This document shows, in pieces, positions 1-8,097 of a DNA stretch of 22,027 nucleotides. The notes beneath the pieces were generated by a model. It saw only the letters and a list, made by a program, of their open reading frames with translations, was not told the DNA's origin and ran no database searches. The DNA comes from a candidate division FCPU426 bacterium (lineage in GTDB: Bacteria; Oederibacteriota; JAAXVQ01; JAUVAV01). A program made the translations under genes and the position numbers. The stretch spans positions 1 to 22,027 of the forward strand of contig DAOWGI010000088.1 in the NCBI GenBank assembly GCA_030637655.1. Reading direction: 5' to 3'. Position 1 is the first letter of the stretch. The number at the start of each line of letters is the position of its first letter.

Positions 1-16
1 CGCAGATAATTTTAAT

Positions 17-83
17 CGTAGGGGCACCCCTTGCGGGTGCCCTTCAAATTAAAACCAGGGCAGGGGCAAGCCCTGCCCCTACG
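17..83. repeat. Inverted pair of GTAG-type REP-like palindromes (REPIN-like)
   Basis: CGTAGGGGCACCCCTTGCGGGTGCCC at 17-42 and GGGCAGGGGCAAGCCCTGCCCCTACG at 58-83; the ends CGTAGGGGCA/TGCCCCTACG are complementary and each half has its own hairpin. Confidence 0.75.
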
Positions 84-160
84 GGAATATAAAAATCCTG
101 CGGGTATGGCAGCCTTTGTTTAACTGTAGTTCACTGACATGCTACGCTTGTGTTAAGGGG

Positions 161-1180
161 TCAGAATATCCAGGCCAAACCGACATTGACTCCGAAATCA
201 TTGCCAATACGTCCGCCTAAAACATCAACAGCAAATTCATCGCGTGTTAAATAGCGGATGCCGCAGTAATAATTTTCACTGCCCAGCCAATCCGGCAAGG
301 AATCGTAGGTAAAGGTCAGGAATAAACACTCCGGATCAATCATGATTTCCAGGGTAGTACGCGCGCCAAATTCAAAACTAAAAAAAACATCTTCTGCTGC
401 ATAGCGCCGGCCGGACTGATATTCCATGAGCGCGGCAACATGCAAATTAAAGTGATCCATAAAATTTTGAACAGAGCGTTTGGATTCCAGTGCTCTGCCC
501 AATGATCCCAGCCCTTTGGAGAAAATCACTCCTGTCAGAATACGATTCCCGCTAAAAATGGTCTCCCGCTCTTCGTTGTTGGTGCGAAAATTCACAAAAC
601 GCCATCCGCCCAAAATTGCAATACCGGGTTTGGTTTCTACCGGCAGTTCGCTGCGCAAAGCATAATGCACATTGACTCCGGCTGTGTAACTGGAACTCTG
701 AACCGTCATCCTGGCTGCCATCAACATTTCCCGGGTAGCTCCCCAACTAATCCCGGTTTCGATTCCGGGCGGATCATGCAGCAGCATCCCGAGATTGACT
801 TCAGTACGATCCAATTCCGGAATATAGGCGGAAATTACATAGGGAAAAAAATGTTGGGTCTGTCGAATTGCCGTAACAAAGGTGCCGGTCGGTTCCTGGG
901 TGGGTATTGGCGTTACGGCAGCAATGGGATACGGCTCTCCCGGAGGCAAGGTTTCCGGAGTGTACGGGGTGTATTCCGAGGTAGTGGAAGCTGAGGTCGC
1001 TTCCTCTTCTATGGTGTATTGATCTACCGGTTGTACTGCGAGAATTTCATTGGCATCCACTTGAGCAAGATCATCCGCTGTGGGCAATTGTCCTTCAGTT
1101 GCAGTCTCTGCCCAAACCAAAGGTTGCTGAATACCATAGCTAGTCATCACTATAATCGTATAAAAAAGAATACGCTGCAT
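161..1180 (-). CDS. Hypothetical exported protein, probable outer-membrane beta-barrel
   Basis: ORF 161..1258; likely start MQRILFYTIIV at 1180 gives a signal-peptide-like N-terminus. Acidic Thr/Pro-rich linker, amphipathic beta-strand pattern, C-terminus VNVGLAWIF ending in Phe. Confidence 0.55.
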   Translation of the reverse strand: MQRILFYTIIVMTSYGIQQPLVWAETATEGQLPTADDLAQVDANEILAVQPVDQYTIEEEATSASTTSEYTPYTPETLPPGEPYPIAAVTPIPTQEPTGTFVTAIRQTQHFFPYVISAYIPELDRTEVNLGMLLHDPPGIETGISWGATREMLMAARMTVQSSSYTAGVNVHYALRSELPVETKPGIAILGGWRFVNFRTNNEERETIFSGNRILTGVIFSKGLGSLGRALESKRSVQNFMDHFNLHVAALMEYQSGRRYAAEDVFFSFEFGARTTLEIMIDPECLFLTFTYDSLPDWLGSENYYCGIRYLTRDEFAVDVLGGRIGNDFGVNVGLAWIF

Positions 1181-1281
1181 AATTTTAAAATAATCCTTTG
1201 GTAAGGATATTTCCCGGGTATCAGGCATAACGCCCGGTCCCGGAAGGCATACGTCCATAGCTTTATTCTCTCAGAAAGTTT

Positions 1282-2454
1282 TTACTTCGCCTTTCTCGCT
1301 TTTAGCAAATATGGCGCTGCGGATTGTCTCAACTCTTTCACTTTATCAAGTTTTTCCCAAGTGAAGCCCGCGCGCCCGAAATGACCGTAGGCAGCAGTGG
1401 CCTGATAAATCGGACGACGCAATTTCAAGCTTTCAATAATGCCTTTGGGTGTTAATTTAAAATGCTTACGTACTAATTTGGGAATCACTTGTTCTTCAAT
1501 ATTATGCGTACCAAACGTATTGACCATTATAGAAGTGGGCTCTGCCACACCAATCGCATACGACAATTGCACTTCACAACGATCTGCCAAGCCGGCCGCC
1601 ACCACATTCTTGGCCACATAACGCGCCATATAGGCGGCGCTGCGATCTACTTTCGACGGATCTTTACCGGAAAACGCGCCGCCGCCATGACGCCCCATCC
1701 CGCCGTAGGTATCCACAATAATTTTACGGCCCGTCAAACCGGTATCCCCGTGCGGTCCACCTACTACAAATTTGCCGGTCGGATTCACAAAGTATTTAGT
1801 CTTTTTGTCTAAAAATTGTTTGGGAATAATTGGTTTGATCACATTTTTAATCACATCTTGTCTGATCTTGTCCTGCGATACCTGCGGAGCATGTTGCGTG
1901 GAAATAACCACAGCTTCGACCCGAAAGGGTTTGCCGTTGCGGTATTCCACCGAGACCTGTGACTTGCTGTCCGGACGCAGATATTTTAATTTCTTTTGCT
2001 TGCGGAGGTCCGCTAAACGTTTCACCAGTTTGTGGCTCAAACTAATCGGTAATGGCATGTACTCCTGAGTTTCACGAGTCGCATAGCCAAACATCATGCC
2101 TTGGTCACCGGCACCGTCGCGATCCACGCCCATGGCAATGTCCGGTGATTGCGTATGCACGGTTGATAAGACAGCACAGGATTCGGCATCAAAACCCAAG
2201 CCGTGATCCGTATAACCGATCTGCTCAATCACTTTACGCACCAATGGCTGTATGTCCACCACAGCTTTGGTGGTCACTTCACCGGAAACCACAACCAAAC
2301 CCGTGGTGGTTAGAGTTTCGCAGGCAACGCGGCTTTGGGGATCCTGCTTGAGCATGGCATCTAAAATCGCATCAGAAATTTGATCTGCCATTTTGTCCGG
2401 ATGGCCTTCAGATACCGACTCTGAGGTAAAATGAAAATTTCCTTGCAGTTCCAT
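1282..2454 (-). CDS. metK: S-adenosylmethionine synthetase
   Basis: Motifs [35 protein letters not shown]; 390 aa. Confidence 0.98.
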   Translation of the reverse strand: MELQGNFHFTSESVSEGHPDKMADQISDAILDAMLKQDPQSRVACETLTTTGLVVVSGEVTTKAVVDIQPLVRKVIEQIGYTDHGLGFDAESCAVLSTVHTQSPDIAMGVDRDGAGDQGMMFGYATRETQEYMPLPISLSHKLVKRLADLRKQKKLKYLRPDSKSQVSVEYRNGKPFRVEAVVISTQHAPQVSQDKIRQDVIKNVIKPIIPKQFLDKKTKYFVNPTGKFVVGGPHGDTGLTGRKIIVDTYGGMGRHGGGAFSGKDPSKVDRSAAYMARYVAKNVVAAGLADRCEVQLSYAIGVAEPTSIMVNTFGTHNIEEQVIPKLVRKHFKLTPKGIIESLKLRRPIYQATAAYGHFGRAGFTWEKLDKVKELRQSAAPYLLKARKAK

Positions 2455-2546
2455 AATTTATCTTCCTCTATTCTTTTTTTGGCGACTTGTGCTCCGGCAC
2501 TCGGCGCTTAATTTTCAGCCCGTTTTGTCTTGCAGCAGAGTGATAA

Positions 2547-2581
2547 AATCCCGCCCGGACTTTTCCGGTCCGGGCGGGATT
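2547..2581 (-). terminator. 14-bp GC-rich hairpin with short U-tract in the metK leader (terminator/attenuator or 5' stabiliser)
   Basis: AATCCCGCCCGGAC-7 nt loop-GTCCGGGCGGGATT; the minus-strand stem ends in TT and is followed by TTAT. Confidence 0.5.
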
Positions 2582-2587
2582 GGAAAA

Positions 2588-2616
2588 ATTATAATGACGC
2601 AAGCTTGGGCTGTCAA
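2588..2616 (-). promoter_or_regulatory. sigma70-type promoter upstream of metK
   Basis: Minus strand TTGACA-17 nt-TATAAT, perfect consensus. Confidence 0.85.
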
Positions 2617-2639
2617 GTATTCAATCCGGTGTTCAATCC

Positions 2640-2669
2640 CGTAGAGACGTAACATGTTACGTCTCTACG
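2640..2669. repeat. Perfect 30-bp GTAGAGAC-type REP-like palindrome
   Basis: CGTAGAGACGTAACATGTTACGTCTCTACG is its own reverse complement; just downstream of the degP stop. Confidence 0.8.
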
Positions 2670-2689
2670 AAACATAAAATACCGCGGCT

Positions 2690-4144
2690 CTACTTCTCCG
2701 GAATTTTCATCACCATGTAAATGGGGTAATCACGCCGTTCCACGCGTAAAAGAAGCTGATCCCCTGGTTTTAAATTCTTCAATAATTTTAAGAAGGTTTT
2801 CTGATTGCCCACCTTTTCCTGATTGATTTCGCGCACAATATCACCCGGTACAATACCCGCGCCTTCAGCCGGACTGCCGGACTGCACCGCAGTAACGACC
2901 ACACCCTGCGTATTCTTGGTGTTTAATTGACGGGCATCTGTTACGGAAATATCCTTGATCTTGATTCCCAAAAGCATGGCATCCGGTTGCTTGGCCGGCT
3001 GCTGCCTGGTCTTCTGCCCGGGTTTGACCTTACCCTCGGCTTTGGCCTGATCTCCGATCCGAACACGCAGACGCTTTTTCTTGCCCGCGCGCAACACCAC
3101 AACCCAGATCTTCTCTTTTTCACTGGCCTGAGCTACCAGACGCTGCAAATCATTCTGCGTTTTGACTTCCTGATTATTAAAGCGGATGATAATATCTCCG
3201 GGTTTGATGCCGGCCTTGTCTGCCGGACCTTTCTCCACCACTGCGCTTATCAGTACTCCGTCTGTATCTGTTAGATTGAAATGCTGGGCCAACTGCGGAG
3301 TCAGGGCCTGAATGTATACACCCAACCAGCCACGATGCGCGACTCCGGTATTTATTATATCCGTGTAAATTTTTTCAGCCATACTGATTGGAATAGCAAA
3401 ACCAATACCCAAGGAACCGCCGGAGCGACTTACACTTACGATCACTGTATTAATGCCGATTACCTTGCCTTGCATATCAATAAGCGGTCCTCCTGAATTT
3501 CCCGGATTGATCGAGGCATCGGTCTGGATAAAATCATCATAGGGTCCTTGGCCAATGGTTCGGCCTTTGGCACTGATAATTCCTGCTGTGACAGTCTGCT
3601 CAAAACCAAAAGGACTCCCCATCGCGACTACCCAATCTCCGACCTTGGCTTTTTGAGAATTTCCCATCTCCGCATAAGGCCATTTTTTCTTGCCCTGTAG
3701 TTTCAATACTGCCAAATCGGTTTTGGGATCATTGCCAACCAGCTCGGCTTTGAACTCTTGGCCGTCTTTTAGCTTAACAATGATTTCCGCGGCTTTTTCG
3801 ACCACATGATTATTGGTTAATACATACCCTTCCGGATCCACAATGACGCCCGATCCCAGACTGGTACTCTTTTGCGGCGGGGCTTCACGATACATCTGCG
3901 GCCCAAAAAAGTGTTCAAAAAATTCCTGCATGTACGGATCACGAAACATGTTGGATTGTCCGGAAAACGGACTCTTCACAATGCGAACCGTACTGATATT
4001 CACTACTGCCGGAGCTACTTTTTCCGCAATTTCAGAAAAACTGACAGGAACCATTTGGGGGTCAGCTGAAACCTGCTGCCAACTTCCGAATCCCAGCAGT
4101 ATCAATGCGCTAATGATCAGACTATGTTTAAAACGTGTTTTCAT
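2690..4144 (-). CDS. degP: DegP/DegQ (HtrA, Do family) periplasmic serine protease with two PDZ domains
   Basis: Triad motifs TNNHVV, TDLAVL, GNSGGPL; signal peptide; two PDZ repeats; ATG at 4144 preceded by strong SD GGAGGTGATC. Confidence 0.93.
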   Translation of the reverse strand: MKTRFKHSLIISALILLGFGSWQQVSADPQMVPVSFSEIAEKVAPAVVNISTVRIVKSPFSGQSNMFRDPYMQEFFEHFFGPQMYREAPPQKSTSLGSGVIVDPEGYVLTNNHVVEKAAEIIVKLKDGQEFKAELVGNDPKTDLAVLKLQGKKKWPYAEMGNSQKAKVGDWVVAMGSPFGFEQTVTAGIISAKGRTIGQGPYDDFIQTDASINPGNSGGPLIDMQGKVIGINTVIVSVSRSGGSLGIGFAIPISMAEKIYTDIINTGVAHRGWLGVYIQALTPQLAQHFNLTDTDGVLISAVVEKGPADKAGIKPGDIIIRFNNQEVKTQNDLQRLVAQASEKEKIWVVVLRAGKKKRLRVRIGDQAKAEGKVKPGQKTRQQPAKQPDAMLLGIKIKDISVTDARQLNTKNTQGVVVTAVQSGSPAEGAGIVPGDIVREINQEKVGNQKTFLKLLKNLKPGDQLLLRVERRDYPIYMVMKIPEK

Positions 4145-4164
4145 ATTGATCACCTCCGGATGCT

Positions 4165-4218
4165 GTAGAGACAAGGCATCCGACTTCGCTAAAGCGATGT
4201 CGGATGCCTTGTCTCTAC
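4165..4218. repeat. GTAGAGAC-type REP-like long hairpin with a central 24-bp inserted hairpin
   Basis: GTAGAGACAAGGCAT-CCGACTTCGCTAAAGCGATGTCGG-ATGCCTTGTCTCTAC; 20-bp perfect outer stem. Confidence 0.75.
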
Positions 4219-4255
4219 GATTATTAAAACAGGTTATTTCGTATTTTACCTTCTT

Positions 4256-4282
4256 TAAGACACGAAATACAAAAATTCGTTC
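4256..4282 (-). promoter_or_regulatory. Candidate ECF/sigmaE-type promoter for degP
   Basis: Minus strand GAACGA-16 nt-TCTTA, same spacing as sigmaE consensus GAACTT-N16-TCTGA, about 110 nt upstream of degP ATG. Confidence 0.35.
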
Positions 4283-4309
4283 ACATTAAAATGCCCCAAG
4301 GTTGCAAAG

Positions 4310-4341
4310 TTGCAGGGAACAGTCACGACTGTTCCCTGCAA
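4310..4341. repeat. REP-like hairpin downstream of dnaK (possible terminator/stabiliser)
   Basis: TTGCAGGGAACAGTC-AC-GACTGTTCCCTGCAA, 15-bp stem; GCAG variant of the GTAG end. Confidence 0.6.
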
Positions 4342-4382
4342 ACGAACGAACAAAAATACCACAAGTGTTAGCCGGTGGATTT

Positions 4383-6287
4383 TTATTGCTTATCCACTAC
4401 TTCCGCCTCCACTGTCTGGTCTTGCTCAGCAGCACCTGACGACCCTTGGGCACCGCCGTCCTGGCCACCGCCATTGCCGCGATCCTGCTCAGCCTGCTGA
4501 TACAGCTCAGAGGATACTTTCTGGAACACTTTATTGACCTCTTCCGTAGCTTGTTGAATGGCTGCCAAATCATTGCCTGTGGCTGCTTCTTTTAACCGGC
4601 CGAGGGCGGATTCAATCGCCTGTTTATCCGCAGCTGAAATTTTATCCCCTAATTCACTCAGACTCTTTTCCATCTGATAGACCAGGCTGTCCGCCTGGTT
4701 CTTGGCATCAATCAAATCACGCTGCTTTTTGTCCTCCTCGGTATGCGCTTCCGCTTCTTTTACCATGCGATCAATCTCATCCTGACTTATACCCGAGTTG
4801 GCAGTGATGGTAATTTTCTGCTCGCGACCCGTTCCTTTATCTTTGGCGCTTACATGCAGAATGCCGTTGGCATCAATATCAAAAGCAACCTCAATTTGCG
4901 GCACACCGCGCGGAGCCGGCGGAATACCATCCAGATGAAAACGACCAATGGTCTTGTTGTCACGCGCCATTTCCCGTTCACCCTGCAAGACATGAATTTC
5001 CACAGTCGATTGATTATCTGCTGCTGTGGAAAAATTCTCGCTTTTTTTGGAGGGAATGGTCGTATTCTTTTCGATCAAGTGTGTGCGCACACCACCCATA
5101 GTTTCCACACCCAGGGTCAGCGGGGTCACATCCAGCAACAAGACATCTTTCACATCACCTTTCAAAACACCGGCTTGAATCGCGGCGCCGATGGCAACCA
5201 CCTCGTCCGGATTTACTCCCTTGTGCGGTTCCCGGTTAAAAAAGCCTTTCACCTTTTCATGCACCAACGGCATCCGGGTCTGGCCACCCACCAAAATGAC
5301 TTCATTAATATCACTGACCGACAAACCGGCATCCGCCAATGCTTGTTTGACCGGCGCTAAAGAACGCTCCACTAAACCGCCGGTCAGCTGTTCCAGTTTG
5401 GCTCGTGTCATACTCAGATTTAAATGCTTGGGACCGCCGGCATCCGCGGTAATAAACGGCAAATTTACTTCGGTTTGCATGGTCGTGGAAAGTTCACACT
5501 TAGCTTTTTCCGCGCCCTCTTTTAAGCGCTGTAGCGCCATTTTATCCTGACGCAGGTCAATGCCCTGTTCCTTCTGGAATTCTTCGGCCAGCCAATCAAT
5601 AATAGCTTGATCAAAATCATCACCACCCAGATGCGTGTCTCCATTGGTCGACTTGACCTCAAAGACACCGTCCCCAAGTTCCAAAATGGAAATATCAAAG
5701 GTACCGCCACCCAAATCATAGACTGCCACTTTTTCATTCTTCTTTTTGTCCAAACCATAGGCTAAAGCAGCTGCTGTGGGTTCATTGATAATACGCAATA
5801 CATTGAGTCCTGCGATCTTGCCGGCATCCTTGGTGGCCTGACGCTGGCTATCATTAAAATAGGCAGGTACCGTAATGACTGCCTCCGTTACTTTCTCACC
5901 CAAATAACTCTCCGCGTCAGTTTTCAACTTTTGTAGAATCATGGCAGAAATTTCAGGAGGCGCATACTGCTTATCCTGCGCAATCACCGCGACATCTCCG
6001 TTCTTATTCGCTTTGGTTTGGTATGGCACTTTGTTTTCTTCTGAACGCGCTTCATCATAGCGGCGACCGACAAAACGTTTGATTGAAAAAATAGTGTTTT
6101 CCGGATTGATTACAGCTTGACGTTTGGCGGTTTGCCCAACCAACCGTTCACCATTTTTGGTGAAGCCGACAATTGAAGGCGTGGTCCGGGACCCCTCCGC
6201 ATTCGATATAACTACCGCTTCACCACCCTGCATAACAGCCATGCAACAATTTGTGGTTCCCAAATCAATACCAATAACTTTTGACAT
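4383..6287 (-). CDS. dnaK: Chaperone DnaK (Hsp70)
   Basis: [35 protein letters not shown], linker [13 protein letters not shown] at 6287 with SD GAAGGGAG. Confidence 0.98.
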   Translation of the reverse strand: MSKVIGIDLGTTNCCMAVMQGGEAVVISNAEGSRTTPSIVGFTKNGERLVGQTAKRQAVINPENTIFSIKRFVGRRYDEARSEENKVPYQTKANKNGDVAVIAQDKQYAPPEISAMILQKLKTDAESYLGEKVTEAVITVPAYFNDSQRQATKDAGKIAGLNVLRIINEPTAAALAYGLDKKKNEKVAVYDLGGGTFDISILELGDGVFEVKSTNGDTHLGGDDFDQAIIDWLAEEFQKEQGIDLRQDKMALQRLKEGAEKAKCELSTTMQTEVNLPFITADAGGPKHLNLSMTRAKLEQLTGGLVERSLAPVKQALADAGLSVSDINEVILVGGQTRMPLVHEKVKGFFNREPHKGVNPDEVVAIGAAIQAGVLKGDVKDVLLLDVTPLTLGVETMGGVRTHLIEKNTTIPSKKSENFSTAADNQSTVEIHVLQGEREMARDNKTIGRFHLDGIPPAPRGVPQIEVAFDIDANGILHVSAKDKGTGREQKITITANSGISQDEIDRMVKEAEAHTEEDKKQRDLIDAKNQADSLVYQMEKSLSELGDKISAADKQAIESALGRLKEAATGNDLAAIQQATEEVNKVFQKVSSELYQQAEQDRGNGGGQDGGAQGSSGAAEQDQTVEAEVVDKQ

Positions 6288-6330
6288 AACAATCAACTCC
6301 CTTCAGTAATAAAAATTTACTAACTAATAA

Positions 6331-6347
6331 AGCAAGTAACATGCCAA
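6331..6347 (-). promoter_or_regulatory. sigma54 (-24/-12) promoter of dnaK
   Basis: Minus strand TTGGCATGTTACTTGCT versus consensus YTGGCACGNNNNTTGCW (1 mismatch, GG-N10-GC); predicted TSS near 6320, about 33 nt before the ATG. Confidence 0.85.
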
Positions 6348-6430
6348 ACCACTTAGCCAGTGCTATTTTTTAAATCCGCTTTGGAAAATAAGAATTTTTA
6401 CGAATAGTTCTTATAAACAACCACATGCTA

Positions 6431-6468
6431 AGTGTTTCATCTGCCGCAACAGTGTTTTAAAATGAACC
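6431..6468. promoter_or_regulatory. Candidate upstream activator sequences for a sigma54 activator
   Basis: AGTGTTT repeated at 6431 and 6451 (20-bp spacing); imperfect dyads TGTTTCATCTGCCGCAACA and TGTTTTAAAATGAACC, about 110-150 bp upstream of the predicted TSS. Confidence 0.35.
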
Positions 6469-6540
6469 GCTTTTCTAGTTAGTTTCTATTGCGGAAAAAG
6501 ATTTTTTCAAATATTGGCATCAACCGCATAACTTCCAAAT

Positions 6541-6637
6541 GTCGTCATTCCGGCATGATTCCAGCCGGAATCCATTGATTTTATAAGCAAAATCAAAGGC
6601 ACCTGGACCCCGGCTAAAGACATGCCGGGGTGACGAC
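6541..6637. repeat. GTCATTCC-type palindromic repeat element (paired inverted units)
   Basis: GTCGTCATTCCGGCATGATTCCAGCCGGAATCCA ... TGGACCCCGGCTAAAGACATGCCGGGGTGACGAC, with an inner TTGATTTT/AAAATCAA stem. Confidence 0.7.
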
Positions 6638-6736
6638 CAAAAAAGCTTTTAAAAAACAGTCTTTCCGCAACAAAAACTAGTTATAACTACTCCCGAGGCA
6701 CGAGCTGAAAATACTCGACAGTTGCTTGCAACTCTT

Positions 6737-8089
6737 TTATTTAAAATTTTCGAGTTTATAGACTTTGATTTTTCGCCACAAGGTGGAGCGGGAAATCCCC
6801 AGGCTTTTCGCAGTCTCGGTCTGGTTGCCGTCAAAACGGGTTAAAGCATTTTTGATCAAATCTTCTTCCGCCTGCTGCATGTTCACGGATTGTTCCTTGC
6901 GCGATCCTTCCAAGGCCAATTGAGCCCGTTGGAAGACTTGCGGTGGCAGAGAGGTTTTTTCAATCACATTGTTGTCTGATAACAGCACGCCATGCTGAAT
7001 AATGTTTTCCAGTTCCCGAATATTCCCGGGATAGTCGTAATTGATTAAAAAAAACAAGGCATCCCGGGTAATGGAAATAATATTTTTATTGAAGCGTTCA
7101 TTGTATTTCTGGAGAAAATACCGGATTAAAGACGGAATATCCTCAGTACGTTCGCGCAAAGGCGGAATATGAATATTTACCACATTAATGCGATAAAAAA
7201 GGTCCATCCGAAAACGTCCCTGACTGACCTCTTCATTCATATCACGATGAGTGGCAGCCAAGACGCGTACATTCACCCGGATTTCCTCGGAACTCCCCAA
7301 GGGACGAATTTTGCCATCTTCCAAGACCCTGAGCATTTTCACTTGCAACGCGGGCGAGAGTTCTCCAATCTCATCCAGAAAAAAGGTGCCCCCGTTGGCT
7401 TGCTCAAAAAGCCCGGCCCGGTCCGCTGTGGCGCCGGTAAACGCCCCTTTACGAAAACCAAAAAGTTCGGATTCCAGCAGGGTCTCCGGAATGGCGCCGC
7501 AATTCACTGCTACAAACGTTTTGTTTCCGCGGTGGGACAAACGATGAATGGCACGCGCTACCAGCTCTTTACCCACCCCGGTCTCCCCGGTAATAATAAT
7601 GGATGAATCCGTAGGCGCCACTCGGGCAGCCATGATAAAGGCGCGCTTGACACTCTCGCTTTTGCCAATAATTTTACCTTCCATAAAATCAATTTTATCA
7701 GGCAGAGGTGTGAACGCCGGCTTGCCATTGGATTTTTCCTGTTCCCATTCACCCAGCAGTTGTTTCAAAAACATCTCATTAAGCGGCAAGGTGAGATAAA
7801 AATCAGCGCCCCGGCGAATGGCTTCTGCGGCATTGGCAATGTTTTCTTGGGATGTGAGCCAGAGAATCCGGTGATATTGCCGGCCTTGCAGAATAGAGAC
7901 CAAATCCATATCTCCGCCTACAGTACGAAAATCTAAAATTACAAGCGGATGTTCGTAAGTGCCGGCCAGATCTAAGAGTTGCTCTTTATCGCGTATTTCA
8001 TCACACACATATTTGGACACAGGCAGATTTTCTTTCAAAGTGTCCTTGAGTTTTCGATCTTCTGAAAATATGATTACTTTTTGTGTCAT
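6737..8089 (-). CDS. sigma54-dependent transcriptional activator (NtrC/Fis family) with atypical receiver domain
   Basis: Walker A GETGVGKE, GAFTGA, Walker B FFLDEIG, FRMDLFYRI, C-terminal Fis HTH; likely start MTQKVIIF at 8089 just after the upstream gene's stop. Confidence 0.93.
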   Translation of the reverse strand: MTQKVIIFSEDRKLKDTLKENLPVSKYVCDEIRDKEQLLDLAGTYEHPLVILDFRTVGGDMDLVSILQGRQYHRILWLTSQENIANAAEAIRRGADFYLTLPLNEMFLKQLLGEWEQEKSNGKPAFTPLPDKIDFMEGKIIGKSESVKRAFIMAARVAPTDSSIIITGETGVGKELVARAIHRLSHRGNKTFVAVNCGAIPETLLESELFGFRKGAFTGATADRAGLFEQANGGTFFLDEIGELSPALQVKMLRVLEDGKIRPLGSSEEIRVNVRVLAATHRDMNEEVSQGRFRMDLFYRINVVNIHIPPLRERTEDIPSLIRYFLQKYNERFNKNIISITRDALFFLINYDYPGNIRELENIIQHGVLLSDNNVIEKTSLPPQVFQRAQLALEGSRKEQSVNMQQAEEDLIKNALTRFDGNQTETAKSLGISRSTLWRKIKVYKLENFK

Positions 8090-8097
8090 GCTCTTTC

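Noticed and set aside
2640-4341. Palindromes considered as CRISPR repeats
   Set aside because: Not identical, not regularly spaced, no spacers and no cas genes
4743-5550. Long + strand ORFs antisense to dnaK
   Set aside because: Antisense shadow ORFs are a well-known by-product of dnaK codon structure; no RBS or independent motif support
6351-6366. TTAGCCAGTGCTA resembling CIRCE half-sites upstream of dnaK
   Set aside because: Lacks the TTAGCACTC-N9-GAGTGCTAA arms and spacing
6514-6529. TTGGCATCAACCGCA on the + strand as a divergent sigma54 promoter
   Set aside because: GG-GC spacing is 8 rather than 10 nt and no gene lies downstream on that strand
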